This document shows, in pieces, positions 31,465 to 39,453 of a stretch of DNA of 43,847 bases. The notes under the pieces were generated by a model. It saw nothing but the letters and a program-made list of their open reading frames with translations. It did no database searches and was not told where the DNA came from. Numbering within the stretch: the first letter of the stretch is position 1; each line of letters begins with the position of its first letter. The translations under genes and the position numbers were made by a program. The stretch spans positions 1 to 43,847 of the forward strand of contig JADGPC010000021.1 of the NCBI GenBank assembly GCA_017882645.1, written 5' to 3'. This stretch comes from Streptosporangiales bacterium (GTDB lineage: Bacteria; Actinomycetota; Actinomycetes; Streptosporangiales; Streptosporangiaceae).

Positions 31465-33423
31465 ATGACGGGACCTTCCATGAGCACTTCTCAGGCAGAC
31501 CATGTCCGCAACGTGGACGAGCGCGAAGCACGGAAGACGGCAGAAGAGGCGCGGGAGGCCGGATGGCATCGGCCCAGCTTCGGCAAGCAGCTGTTCCTCG
31601 GAGACTTCCAGCTCGACCTGATCCACCCGCATCCGCGTCCCGATGAGGAAGCCGCCGCCCGCGGCGAGGAGTTCTGCACCCGGCTACGCGAGTTCTGCAA
31701 GACCTCGGTCAGCGGCGCCGAGATCGAGCGGGACGCCCGGATACCCGATGACGTCGTCACGGGTCTCGCCTCGCTCGGCGCATTCGGCATGAAGATCGCC
31801 CCCGAGTTTGGCGGTCTCGGGCTGAGCAACCTGTACTACAACCGGGCACTGATGATCGTCGGCTCCGCATCGCCCGCGATCGGCGCGCTGCTGTCCGCGC
31901 ACCAGTCCATCGGCGTCCCGCAGCCGCTCGCGCAGTTCGGCAGCGACGAGCAGAAGCAGGAGTACCTGCCCAGGTGCGCGCGGGGCGAGATCAGCGCGTT
32001 CCTGCTCACCGAGCCCGACGTTGGCTCCGATCCGGCCAGGCTGAACACCACGGCCACTCCTTCGGACGACGGATCAGAGTACGTGCTGAATGGCGTGAAA
32101 CTCTGGACCACCAACGGCGTGGTCGCTGACCTGCTCGTGGTGATGGCACGGGTACCGAAGAGCGACGGGCACCGGGGCGGGATCAGCGCGTTCGTGGTGG
32201 AGGGCAGCGCGCCTGGGATCACCGTCGAGCGGCGCAACGCCTTCATGGGCCTTCGTGGCCTGGAGAACGGGGTGACCAGGCTCCATGACGTCGTCGTCCC
32301 GGCCGCGAACCGGATCGGCCAGGAGGGTCAGGGCCTGAAGATCGCCCTGACCACGCTGAACACGGGCAGGCTGTCACTGCCGGCCAGCTGCGCCGCGGCC
32401 GGAAAGCTGGCTCTGAAGATCGCCAGGGAATGGTCCGGCGAGCGAGTGCAGTGGGGCCGGCCGGTCGGCGAGCACGAGGCCGTCGCCAAGAAGATCTCGT
32501 TCATCGCCGCCACCACCTACGCACTCGAGGCCGTAGTCGAGCTGTCCAGCCAGCTCGCCGACGACAAGCGGAACGACATCCGGATCGAAGCGGCGATCGC
32601 CAAGCTCTACTGCTCCGAGATGGGCAGCATCATCGTGGACGAGCTTGTGCAGATCAGGGGGGGCCGTGGCTACGAAACGGCCGAGTCGCTGGCCGCGCGC
32701 GGCGAGCGCGGCGTGCCCGCCGAGCAGATGCTGCGGGACATGCGGATCAACCGGATCTTCGAGGGATCCTCGGAGATCATGCGGCTGTTCATTGCCCGCG
32801 AGGCGGTCGACGCGCATCTGTCGGCGGCAGGCGACGTCATCGACTCGGAGCTGCCCGCGGCGCGCCGCGCCCGCGCTGCCGCGCAAGCCGGCCAGTTCTA
32901 TGCCAAGTGGCTGCCCACGCTGGTCACCGGCCAGGGGCAGCGGCCCAGTGCCTACAGCGATTTCGGCCCGCTCGCGGCGCACCTGCGCTATGTCGAGCGG
33001 GCCAGCAGGAAGCTGGCCAGGGTGACCTTCTACGGGATGGGACGGTGGCAGGGCCGCCTCGAGCGCAAGCAGGGATTCCTCGGCCGGATCGTCGACATCG
33101 GCGCCGAGCTGTTCGCGATGAGCGCGGTCTGCGTCCGCGCGCAGATGGACGCCAAGGTCGCAGCGGGCACGAGCCGGGCCGCTGTCGCGCACGAGCTCGC
33201 AGACGTGTTCTGCACCCAGGCCCGGCTGCGGGCGGAGGAACGGTTCAGCCAGCTGTGGCACAACACCGACTCGGCCGACGTCGTGCTGGCCCGGCAGGTA
33301 CTCAGCGGCCGGTATACCTGGCTTGAGCAGGGCATCATCGACCCGTCACTACCTGGCCCGTGGATTTCCGCCGCGGAGCCAGGGCCGTCCAAGGCGGAGA
33401 ACGTGCACCGTCACATCGGCTGA
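31465..33423 (+). CDS. Acyl-CoA dehydrogenase, long form (~650 aa, FadE10/ACAD9-VLCAD-like with a C-terminal extension)
   Basis: This is the downstream part of the artefactual 1219-aa track ORF. ATG 31465 (MTGPSMSTSQ) follows AGGGA; ATG 31480 is an alternative. LTEPDVGSDPARL, YVLNGVKLWTTNG, GQGLKIALTTLNTGRLSL, QIRGGRGYET and RINRIFEGSSEIM are canonical ACAD motifs. Confidence 0.9.
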   Translation: MTGPSMSTSQADHVRNVDEREARKTAEEAREAGWHRPSFGKQLFLGDFQLDLIHPHPRPDEEAAARGEEFCTRLREFCKTSVSGAEIERDARIPDDVVTGLASLGAFGMKIAPEFGGLGLSNLYYNRALMIVGSASPAIGALLSAHQSIGVPQPLAQFGSDEQKQEYLPRCARGEISAFLLTEPDVGSDPARLNTTATPSDDGSEYVLNGVKLWTTNGVVADLLVVMARVPKSDGHRGGISAFVVEGSAPGITVERRNAFMGLRGLENGVTRLHDVVVPAANRIGQEGQGLKIALTTLNTGRLSLPASCAAAGKLALKIAREWSGERVQWGRPVGEHEAVAKKISFIAATTYALEAVVELSSQLADDKRNDIRIEAAIAKLYCSEMGSIIVDELVQIRGGRGYETAESLAARGERGVPAEQMLRDMRINRIFEGSSEIMRLFIAREAVDAHLSAAGDVIDSELPAARRARAAAQAGQFYAKWLPTLVTGQGQRPSAYSDFGPLAAHLRYVERASRKLARVTFYGMGRWQGRLERKQGFLGRIVDIGAELFAMSAVCVRAQMDAKVAAGTSRAAVAHELADVFCTQARLRAEERFSQLWHNTDSADVVLARQVLSGRYTWLEQGIIDPSLPGPWISAAEPGPSKAENVHRHIG

Positions 33424-34163
33424 GGCTGGCCTGGCCCGGCGATGTTCCGGATACCGACCTCGTCGGCATGCGCCAGCAGGTCGGCGGGGTCAGCGTAGAC
33501 GCGGTAGGCGCCTGCGCGCTCCAGTTCCTCGCGACCGTATCCGCCAGATAGCAGCCCGATGCCCAGCGCCCCGGCGCGCCGGGCGGCGAGCAGGTCCCAG
33601 ACGCTGTCCCCCACCACCATGGCGTGGGCCGGATCGACGCCCAGCAGCGCGGCGGCGGCCAGGAAGAGATCAGGATCCGGCTTGGCGTGCCTGACCATAT
33701 CGCGGGTCACCATGACCGCATCGTCGCCTACGCCGAGCAGCTTCAGCGACTGACGTGCCATCACGGCCCGCCCGCTGGTCGCGATCGCCCATGGCACCTT
33801 GTGCGCCGTCAGCGCCGCGAGCAGCTGCGGCGCTCCGGGCAGCGGCCGGACGGAATCGATCTGAGCCAGGTACTCGGCGGCGTGATCCTCCTGCAGGCAC
33901 TCGATGTCCTGCTCCGACAGGGACCGGCCGGTCTCTCGCAGCAGTGCCGAGACGAAGAGCCCGCCGCTCATGCCGATCCGGCGGTGAATCCGCCAGACCG
34001 ACAGCTCGATATCGAGCTTGGCCAGCGCGTTCCGCCAGGCGATCACGTTCTGGTAGACACTGTCGATCAGCGTGCCGTCCAGGTCGAACAGGAACGCTGG
34101 CACCGGAGGTTCGGCGTACGCGGGCCGGCCCGCCACGTCTGCCGGATCCGTCACGTCTACCAC
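33411..34163 (-). CDS. HAD-IA family hydrolase (phosphatase, phosphoglycolate-phosphatase/beta-PGM-like)
   Basis: 250-aa ORF. Motif I is FLFDLDGTLIDS, motif II is AIATSG, and motifs III/IV are KPDPDLF ... VVGDSVWDLLAARRAG. Its 3' end overlaps the convergent ACAD gene by 13 nt. Confidence 0.85.
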   Translation of the reverse strand: MVDVTDPADVAGRPAYAEPPVPAFLFDLDGTLIDSVYQNVIAWRNALAKLDIELSVWRIHRRIGMSGGLFVSALLRETGRSLSEQDIECLQEDHAAEYLAQIDSVRPLPGAPQLLAALTAHKVPWAIATSGRAVMARQSLKLLGVGDDAVMVTRDMVRHAKPDPDLFLAAAALLGVDPAHAMVVGDSVWDLLAARRAGALGIGLLSGGYGREELERAGAYRVYADPADLLAHADEVGIRNIAGPGQPQPM

Positions 34164-34826
34164 ACTAGCGCCGAGCTGATATCTGCTGGGCGGGCAGGCT
34201 CCGCAGATCGGGACACCGCTCGAGCAGGTCCTCCACGGCCAGCCAGCCGACTGAACGCGGCCGCGTCGATCGAGATCGGCGCCGTGGTCGTCGAGACGCG
34301 CCGCTGGTCAGGCAGGACGACCGTCGACCCGTGCACCGAGACGCCCACGTCGGTCAGCAGCCGGGCGCAGGCCCGCACGAAATTCGCCCGGTACCGCTCG
34401 GCGTGGAAGGAGATGACATCGGCGCCCAGCATGCCGAGCAGGATCTCCCGACGCCACGGCAGCCGGCCGAAGATCTCCGGCGCGGGCCAGGGAACATGCA
34501 GGAAGAAGCCGACCGGCTGATCGGGGCGGCGTTCCCTGATCAGCCCGGGCACGAGCGTCAGGTGATAGTCATGCACCCACGCGAGGGCACCATGGCGCTC
34601 GTCGAGAGCGCTAATCGCGGCCTCAGCGAAGGTGCCGGTGACGTCCCGGTAGCTCCGCCACCAGCTGCGCTCGAACCGCGGCTTCTCGATCGCGTCGTGC
34701 AGCAGCGGCCACCGGGTCGCCGTGCTGGATCGGCAGGGTGTTGGCGATCGCCACCACCGGAGCCTTACGCTGCGGAAGCATAAGCCTGCTGTTCGCCACT
34801 CGAGTCGACAGCTGCGCGGCTCTCAT
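34157..34826 (-). pseudogene. otsA: Trehalose-6-phosphate synthase (GT20) remnant: internal deletion, frameshift, C-terminal half missing
   Basis: Track ORF 34157..34576 reads HDYHLTLVPGLIRERRPDQPVGFFLHVPWPAPEIFGRLPWRREILLGMLGADVISFH, collinear with E. coli OtsA residues about 130-230. The same frame upstream gives RWPLLHDAIEKPRFERSWWRSYRDVTGTFAEAAI. The N-terminal VVAIANTLP (NRLP-like) is in another frame (ORF 34623..34826), with about 70 residues missing. Nothing matches the C-terminal 240 residues. Confidence 0.8.
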
Positions 34827-34970
34827 CGATCTGACTCATGAGGGCTTTCCCTCACCCCGAATGACGATGTCAAACAAGATCACCTCGGCGGCCGGGCAGC
34901 AGGGAAGAGAGCGCTGGCTGGCCTTCGCCCAGGCCGGGCGGCGAGCGAGGTGGGTCCGTTTAAGAGCGGC

Positions 34971-36503
34971 TCAGTGCAACCAGCGGCGGTAGCGGGACCG
35001 GGACGCCTCCCGCCAGGTGCGCCTGGCGTGCTTCTGCAGAGCGGCCGCCGCCTGATCATCTCGCTCGTACATCAGGCCGTAGCTGAACGCGTTCTCGCCG
35101 GCCAGGTGCGCGCTCATGCCTAGCTCGCGCTCGGTCCGCCGGGCGATGACGGCGTCCTGATGGTCGCCGAGCACGGACTGCATCCGCTTCATCTGCCTGG
35201 CAAACTGGCTCGCCTCCTGGCCGAAGGCAGGCGCTACCGCCTCGCCGGCGTAGCGGGCGCGCTTGGCCGCCTTGCGAGCCCGGTGCAAGGCATTGTCGCG
35301 GCGCGCGCCGGCCGGCGCGCGCCTCGCCTGCTTCATCCGGCGGCTGGTCGTGCCGTAGGCCTTCCGCACGGCGGCCGGAAGGACATCGGTGGCCGCACGG
35401 GCCGCGATGCCGGTCCGCGGCGGCTCGGCGGTAACCCGGTCGAGCCGGTCGAGCAGGGCGAAGTACCGCGGTGAGTCCAGCGCCGCCAGCACGCCGGCCT
35501 GGGCCTCGGCGCCGATCCGGGCGAAATGGCCGAGCACCCGGGCCATGACCGGCCCGACCATCAGCTCCTCCGGCAGCTGGCCGGCTCGCTCAGCCAGGTG
35601 CCCGGCGAGGACCTCCGCATCGCGCGCCTCGCCCAGCACCGCGCCGAGCCAGCGCAGCTCGTCAGCCAGCGAGTCACTCACCGAGCCGGCGACGACTGAG
35701 TCGGCGAAGAACGGGGCGAAGACCTGCAGCGTGCTGCGCAGCCGCCGGACCGTGGTCCGCATCTGATGCACCGCATCAGGCTCGCTCTCCCGCACCATCG
35801 GGTCGAGCGTCTTCAGCATCGCCAGCTGCGCTCCGAGGTAGGCCTGCAGTACCTGGCCGGCGGTCGCCGACCCACCGGGCGGCGGCTTCTGCGCAGGCGG
35901 CGGCGGAAGTCCGAGCGCGCGCGCGAGCTTGGCGGACTGGCCGGACCGGTTCAGGCCGGCCCGGCGCAGCAGATTGTCCGCGGCCACGAGAACGTCCTGG
36001 TTCCCGCCGGTCAGCTCGAGTTCCACCTCGTGCCACTGCGACTCTCGCGTCGCGTCGCCCAGGGTCCGAGCCGTTACGTCGTCGGACGCCACCTCTGCCA
36101 GCGAGTTACCCGAGCCGTCGAGCAGCAGCTGCCGCCGCCTCGAGGTGCTGATCATGGCCACCGGCTTGAGTTCCTCGCCCCTGGTATGCACCCGGACACG
36201 GCGAGCGAGCTCGTCGGGAACGCGGGTGCGGGACCGGCCGAGCGGCAGCCGGATCTCGCACCTGGTATGGGGCCCGGCGGGAAGCTTCAGGTGCCAGCCG
36301 GAGTCATGACCGCCCCGTCGCCGGCGCAGCGTAATCCCCGCCCTGATCAGGCGCAGGTCGCCGGTATCGAAGTATTCGGCATCGAGCTGCTCGCTGGCTG
36401 CCTGGCGGGTGCGGGCTACCTGGGGCAGGACGTCGAAGGTCGGCAGCGGGACGCCGGCGGCGGCCTCGTACTTGATCTCGGTCTCGCGTGCTTTCACGGC
36501 CAT
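34971..36503 (-). CDS. CYTH and CHAD domain-containing protein
   Basis: 510-aa ORF. The N-terminal RETEIKYEA is the ExExK signature of CYTH triphosphate-tunnel enzymes. The C-terminal half is a helical, His/Arg-rich CHAD pattern (VHQMRTTVRRLRSTLQVF, LHRARKAAKRARYAGE, LGDHQD). Confidence 0.85.
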   Translation of the reverse strand: MAVKARETEIKYEAAAGVPLPTFDVLPQVARTRQAASEQLDAEYFDTGDLRLIRAGITLRRRRGGHDSGWHLKLPAGPHTRCEIRLPLGRSRTRVPDELARRVRVHTRGEELKPVAMISTSRRRQLLLDGSGNSLAEVASDDVTARTLGDATRESQWHEVELELTGGNQDVLVAADNLLRRAGLNRSGQSAKLARALGLPPPPAQKPPPGGSATAGQVLQAYLGAQLAMLKTLDPMVRESEPDAVHQMRTTVRRLRSTLQVFAPFFADSVVAGSVSDSLADELRWLGAVLGEARDAEVLAGHLAERAGQLPEELMVGPVMARVLGHFARIGAEAQAGVLAALDSPRYFALLDRLDRVTAEPPRTGIAARAATDVLPAAVRKAYGTTSRRMKQARRAPAGARRDNALHRARKAAKRARYAGEAVAPAFGQEASQFARQMKRMQSVLGDHQDAVIARRTERELGMSAHLAGENAFSYGLMYERDDQAAAALQKHARRTWREASRSRYRRWLH

Positions 36504-36508
36504 GACTA

Positions 36509-36544
36509 CTCGCTACCCGCACGGACGGCTCGCTACCCGCACGG
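36509..36544. repeat. Two copies of a 16-nt direct repeat, 20-nt period, immediately upstream of the CYTH-CHAD start codon
   Basis: ctcgctacccgcacgg occurs at 36509-36524 and again at 36529-36544. On the coding strand this reads CCGTGCGGGTAGCGAG x2, ending 5 nt before ATG 36503. Confidence 0.85.
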
Positions 36545-36606
36545 TTCGCGGGCGCACGGCAGTGATGGCCGGCATACATTGGCCGTTTGGGGGCAGTTGG
36601 CACGCC

Positions 36607-36771
36607 ATGAGTATAAGAAGCAGTGTGCCGGGCCTCCTCTGGTGGCTGTTTTGGTTCCTAGTGGCGATCTTGCTCATCATCCTCGCCGCTCTGGTCATCC
36701 ATCACCTCGGCGGGTTCAATCTCGCCTTCCACGTCGGTTACTTCCACTTCCAGCTCGGCGTCACCGGTTAA
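36607..36771 (+). CDS. Small hydrophobic protein (54 aa, one predicted TM helix)
   Basis: ATG 36607 to TAA 36769-36771 encodes MSIRSSVPGLLWWLFWFLVAILLIILAALVIHHLGGFNLAFHVGYFHFQLGVTG. Local composition is AT-richer than the surroundings and the RBS is weak. A 15-bp hairpin follows 17 nt downstream. Confidence 0.4.
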   Translation: MSIRSSVPGLLWWLFWFLVAILLIILAALVIHHLGGFNLAFHVGYFHFQLGVTG

Positions 36772-36788
36772 TCCGGGCGGACCAGAAA

Positions 36789-36825
36789 GGCGCGTGGCCG
36801 GCCACGAACCGGCCGGCCGCGCGCC
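36789..36825 (+). terminator. GC-rich 15-bp stem-loop after the small ORF (no U-tract)
   Basis: ggcgcgtggccggcc (36789-36803), loop acgaacc, then ggccggccgcgcgcc (36811-36825). The arms are complementary with one G-U pair. No T-run follows, so if it is a terminator it is of the actinobacterial non-canonical type. Confidence 0.4.
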
Positions 36826-37160
36826 ATGATCACCGGATCCTGCAGGTCAGTTATTTATGCGACCCGAATGACGTGGCCTGCGCGCAATTACAGACATTGC
36901 CTCGACCTGAGTGGCGCTTCTCTTTTCGTACTAAATGATCGCGCAGGTTCTTGCTTATTTAGCGCTGAAAGCCTCCGGCATCCGTTTCGGCCTGGCTACT
37001 ATTCAACCCGCGTGGCTGTTCTAGGGCCGCCACGGAAGTACGCCGTACGAGCGATGGGATCTCACGGGGGAGAAATCCGATGCTCTGGACATGGCGCATT
37101 CAGACGATCGGAAGCGACCGCGTCGCATTTCAGCTGGGGCCACGCGCTGGCCGCCACCGG

Positions 37161-38675
37161 ATGCGGCGATCCTTCACATCGGCGCTGGCCGCCTCAGCCC
37201 TCGCGGCCGGCGCCGCGGCGTGCGGGCCGGCCCATGCGCTGCCCCCGAGTGTCAGCCTGGCGGCGGTTACCCGTCCGCCCCGGGTGGCGACCACGGTGCT
37301 GGCCGGGCCTCCCGACGTCGTGGCCGCGAGCGCGGCCTCGCGGCTGTTCGCCTCTTCTCCCCTCGTCGTGGTCGCGAACGCGGACCGGGAAGCCGACCTG
37401 GCCAGGGGAGCAGATCGGGCCGAGCGCGCGCACGCACCGCTCCTGCTGCTCTCACCAAGGCGGCAGCGCGCGGCCACCACCCTGGCCGCCCGCGTCGCGC
37501 TGCGGACGGAGACCCGCGCGCTGGCGGCTCGCGCCGTGCTCGACGTCGGCGTAAGCCGGACGCTGCTCTCGGCCGAACTGCCGTCGCTCCAGGTGATCAC
37601 CGCAGCCACCGCACTGCCGCACCGAGGGGCGCCGACCCCGCTCACCAATGTGGTGATGCTCGTGCATCGCGGTTACACGAATACGGGAACGACCGCCGCC
37701 GTGGCCACCGCCCGGGCGGCCGGGGTGCAGGTCATCACCGTCGCTGGCTTCGACCCTCGGGCTGACCCTTCGGCCATCTCGGCACTGTCAGCGGCCAGGC
37801 CCCAGCACGTCATCGCGGTAGGCGCCGGCTTCGGTTCCACCCGGCTCCTGGCTGTGCGGGTCGCCGTGGCCGCCACCGGAGTGCAGCTGCCGGGCGGCGG
37901 AGACGTCCTCCTCCCGATGCACAGGCTGCTCGCCCTCTATGGCTATCCGGGAACGCCAGCGCTCGGAGCACTGGGCGAGCAGAGCCTGAGCGCGAGTGTC
38001 GCGCGGATCCACCGGATCGCCGCGGCCTACCGGCCGCTGAGCAGCGTGCCGGTGGTTCCGACCTTCGAGATCATCGCCACCGTCGCGCAGGCAAATCCGG
38101 GACCGGACGGCAGCTACTCCTACGAGTCCGCGGTGTCCTCGCTCCGCCCCTGGGTCCGGCGCGCGACACAGGCGGGCATGTACGTCGTCCTTGACCTGCA
38201 GCCGGGGCGGGCCAGTCTGCTCGCCCAGGCCCGGCGGTACCGGTCACTGCTGCAGCTGCCCGACGTCGGGCTGGCACTTGACCCGGAGTGGAAGCTCCAG
38301 CCCGGTCAGCTGCCGCTGCGCCAGATCGGCAACGTGGCCATCAGCGAGGTCAACGGCGTCGTCCGCTGGCTGGCTGGCCTCACGGCCCGGTACCACCTGC
38401 CGCAGAAGCTGCTCGTCCTGCACCAGTTCAGGCTGTCGATGATCAGCGACGAGCAGCGGCTCGACACCCGCCACGACGACCTCGCGATCGTCATCCACAT
38501 GGACGGGCAGGGCACGCCCGAGGACAAGCTCCAGACCTGGCAGGCCGTCACCAGGAACGCACCAGCTGGCGTGTTCTTCGGATGGAAGAACTTCTTCGTC
38601 AAGGATCACCCGACGCTCAGTCCGCAGCAGACGATGGCCAACTCCCCGAAACCGGTCATGATCTCGTACCAGTGA
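37161..38675 (+). CDS. Putative lipoprotein; N-terminal cell-wall-binding-repeat-like region, C-terminal domain of unknown (possibly glycosidase-like) function
   Basis: Track ORF 37080..38675. ATG 37161 gives MRRSFTSALAASALAAGAAACGP, a signal peptide with a lipobox-like LAAGAAAC. PLVVVANADREADLARGADRAERAHAPLLLLS resembles CWB2-type repeats. The C-terminal MYVVLDLQPGRASLL...LALDPEWKL...LLVLHQF...IVIHMDGQG is conserved-looking but I cannot name it. Confidence 0.6.
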   Translation: MRRSFTSALAASALAAGAAACGPAHALPPSVSLAAVTRPPRVATTVLAGPPDVVAASAASRLFASSPLVVVANADREADLARGADRAERAHAPLLLLSPRRQRAATTLAARVALRTETRALAARAVLDVGVSRTLLSAELPSLQVITAATALPHRGAPTPLTNVVMLVHRGYTNTGTTAAVATARAAGVQVITVAGFDPRADPSAISALSAARPQHVIAVGAGFGSTRLLAVRVAVAATGVQLPGGGDVLLPMHRLLALYGYPGTPALGALGEQSLSASVARIHRIAAAYRPLSSVPVVPTFEIIATVAQANPGPDGSYSYESAVSSLRPWVRRATQAGMYVVLDLQPGRASLLAQARRYRSLLQLPDVGLALDPEWKLQPGQLPLRQIGNVAISEVNGVVRWLAGLTARYHLPQKLLVLHQFRLSMISDEQRLDTRHDDLAIVIHMDGQGTPEDKLQTWQAVTRNAPAGVFFGWKNFFVKDHPTLSPQQTMANSPKPVMISYQ

Positions 38676-38698
38676 ACGCCGCGCGCGGCGCTTTCCCG

Positions 38699-39385
38699 CT
38701 AAGGCCCAGGTGCCCCCGGCGCCGTCGCGGCTGATGCTGGCGCAGGCGGCGCGGGCGGCATCGCCGCTGGCGCCTTGCTGGCCAGCAGCTTGGTGATGTC
38801 CAGTTTGGTGCCGACCATCTGCTTGAGCATGAAGTCGTGGTTGAGGTCGAGTATCGCGCGAGTCTCCGCCGCGATCACGGCATTGCGGCTGAGCGTCAGC
38901 TCGTTGTCCTGCTCCTGCTCGCCTGACAGGGACCAGTTGGTCGACCCTTTCACGGTGAAGACGCCGTCGATGATCACGATCTTCAGGTGCGAGATCGCGT
39001 TATGGACGGAACTGGTGCCGATCGCGATGCTGTTGCCGAAGGCGTCGTTCTGCCACTGGGCCAGGATCTGCTTCTCGTGCACGCCGCTGGCCTGGCTCCG
39101 GTCCAGGCTCATCTGGACGTACACCTTCTCGTCCGCGAGCTTGGCGTGGATGATCTTGTTCAGCTCGTCGTCGTCGTAGCCGAACATGTTCACCACGATG
39201 GAGTGCTGTGCCGTACCGAGCAGCGCCACCAGCAGGCCGTGGACATTGTCACGCGGCGCGAAGAACGTGCGCTGATCGTCCGGGTAACCGTCAAGGAACC
39301 GTCCTTCCGCCTTGTACTTACCCAGGTCCTCCCACGCGAATGGCGCACCAGCCCCAATCGGATTAGGCACCGTCGGATTAGTCAC
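38699..39385 (-). CDS. Single-HKD phospholipase D superfamily protein (Nuc-like nuclease candidate)
   Basis: 228-aa ORF with a GTG 39385 start after GGAAAGGGG. The intact HKD motif is HLKIVIID (38966-38989), followed by GSTNWSLSGEQEQDNE. One motif per chain, as in Nuc-type dimeric nucleases. No signal peptide. Ala/Pro-rich C-terminal tail. Visibly lower GC and more A/T-ending codons than its neighbours. Confidence 0.8.
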   Translation of the reverse strand: MTNPTVPNPIGAGAPFAWEDLGKYKAEGRFLDGYPDDQRTFFAPRDNVHGLLVALLGTAQHSIVVNMFGYDDDELNKIIHAKLADEKVYVQMSLDRSQASGVHEKQILAQWQNDAFGNSIAIGTSSVHNAISHLKIVIIDGVFTVKGSTNWSLSGEQEQDNELTLSRNAVIAAETRAILDLNHDFMLKQMVGTKLDITKLLASKAPAAMPPAPPAPASAATAPGAPGP

Positions 39386-39453
39386 AGCCCGCCCCTTTCC
39401 CCGCCTGGCCCCATCCTGTCGGGTCGGGCCCGGGACGTCTACCCGCGCACCAG

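Noticed and set aside
29764-33423. 1219-aa ORF in the track that would be an HNH-endonuclease / acyl-CoA dehydrogenase fusion
   Set aside because: The two halves belong to unrelated families. The HNH family tail is present in another frame and ends at 31355. The ACAD has its own ATG (31465) with an upstream purine-rich site. The connecting 31356-31464 stretch is Pro/Ala/Arg-rich filler. I interpret this as read-through caused by a frameshift in the HNH pseudogene.
36830-37160. Possible riboswitch or cyclic-di-AMP (ydaO-type) element upstream of the cell-wall-associated lipoprotein gene, in the AT-richer intergenic region
   Set aside because: I could find an ACGGGGGAG stretch near 37060. I could not find the paired conserved cores (GGGGUGAAUCC-like and CCCGAACCCG-like segments) or the pseudo-symmetric helices of that class. 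There is no support beyond location.
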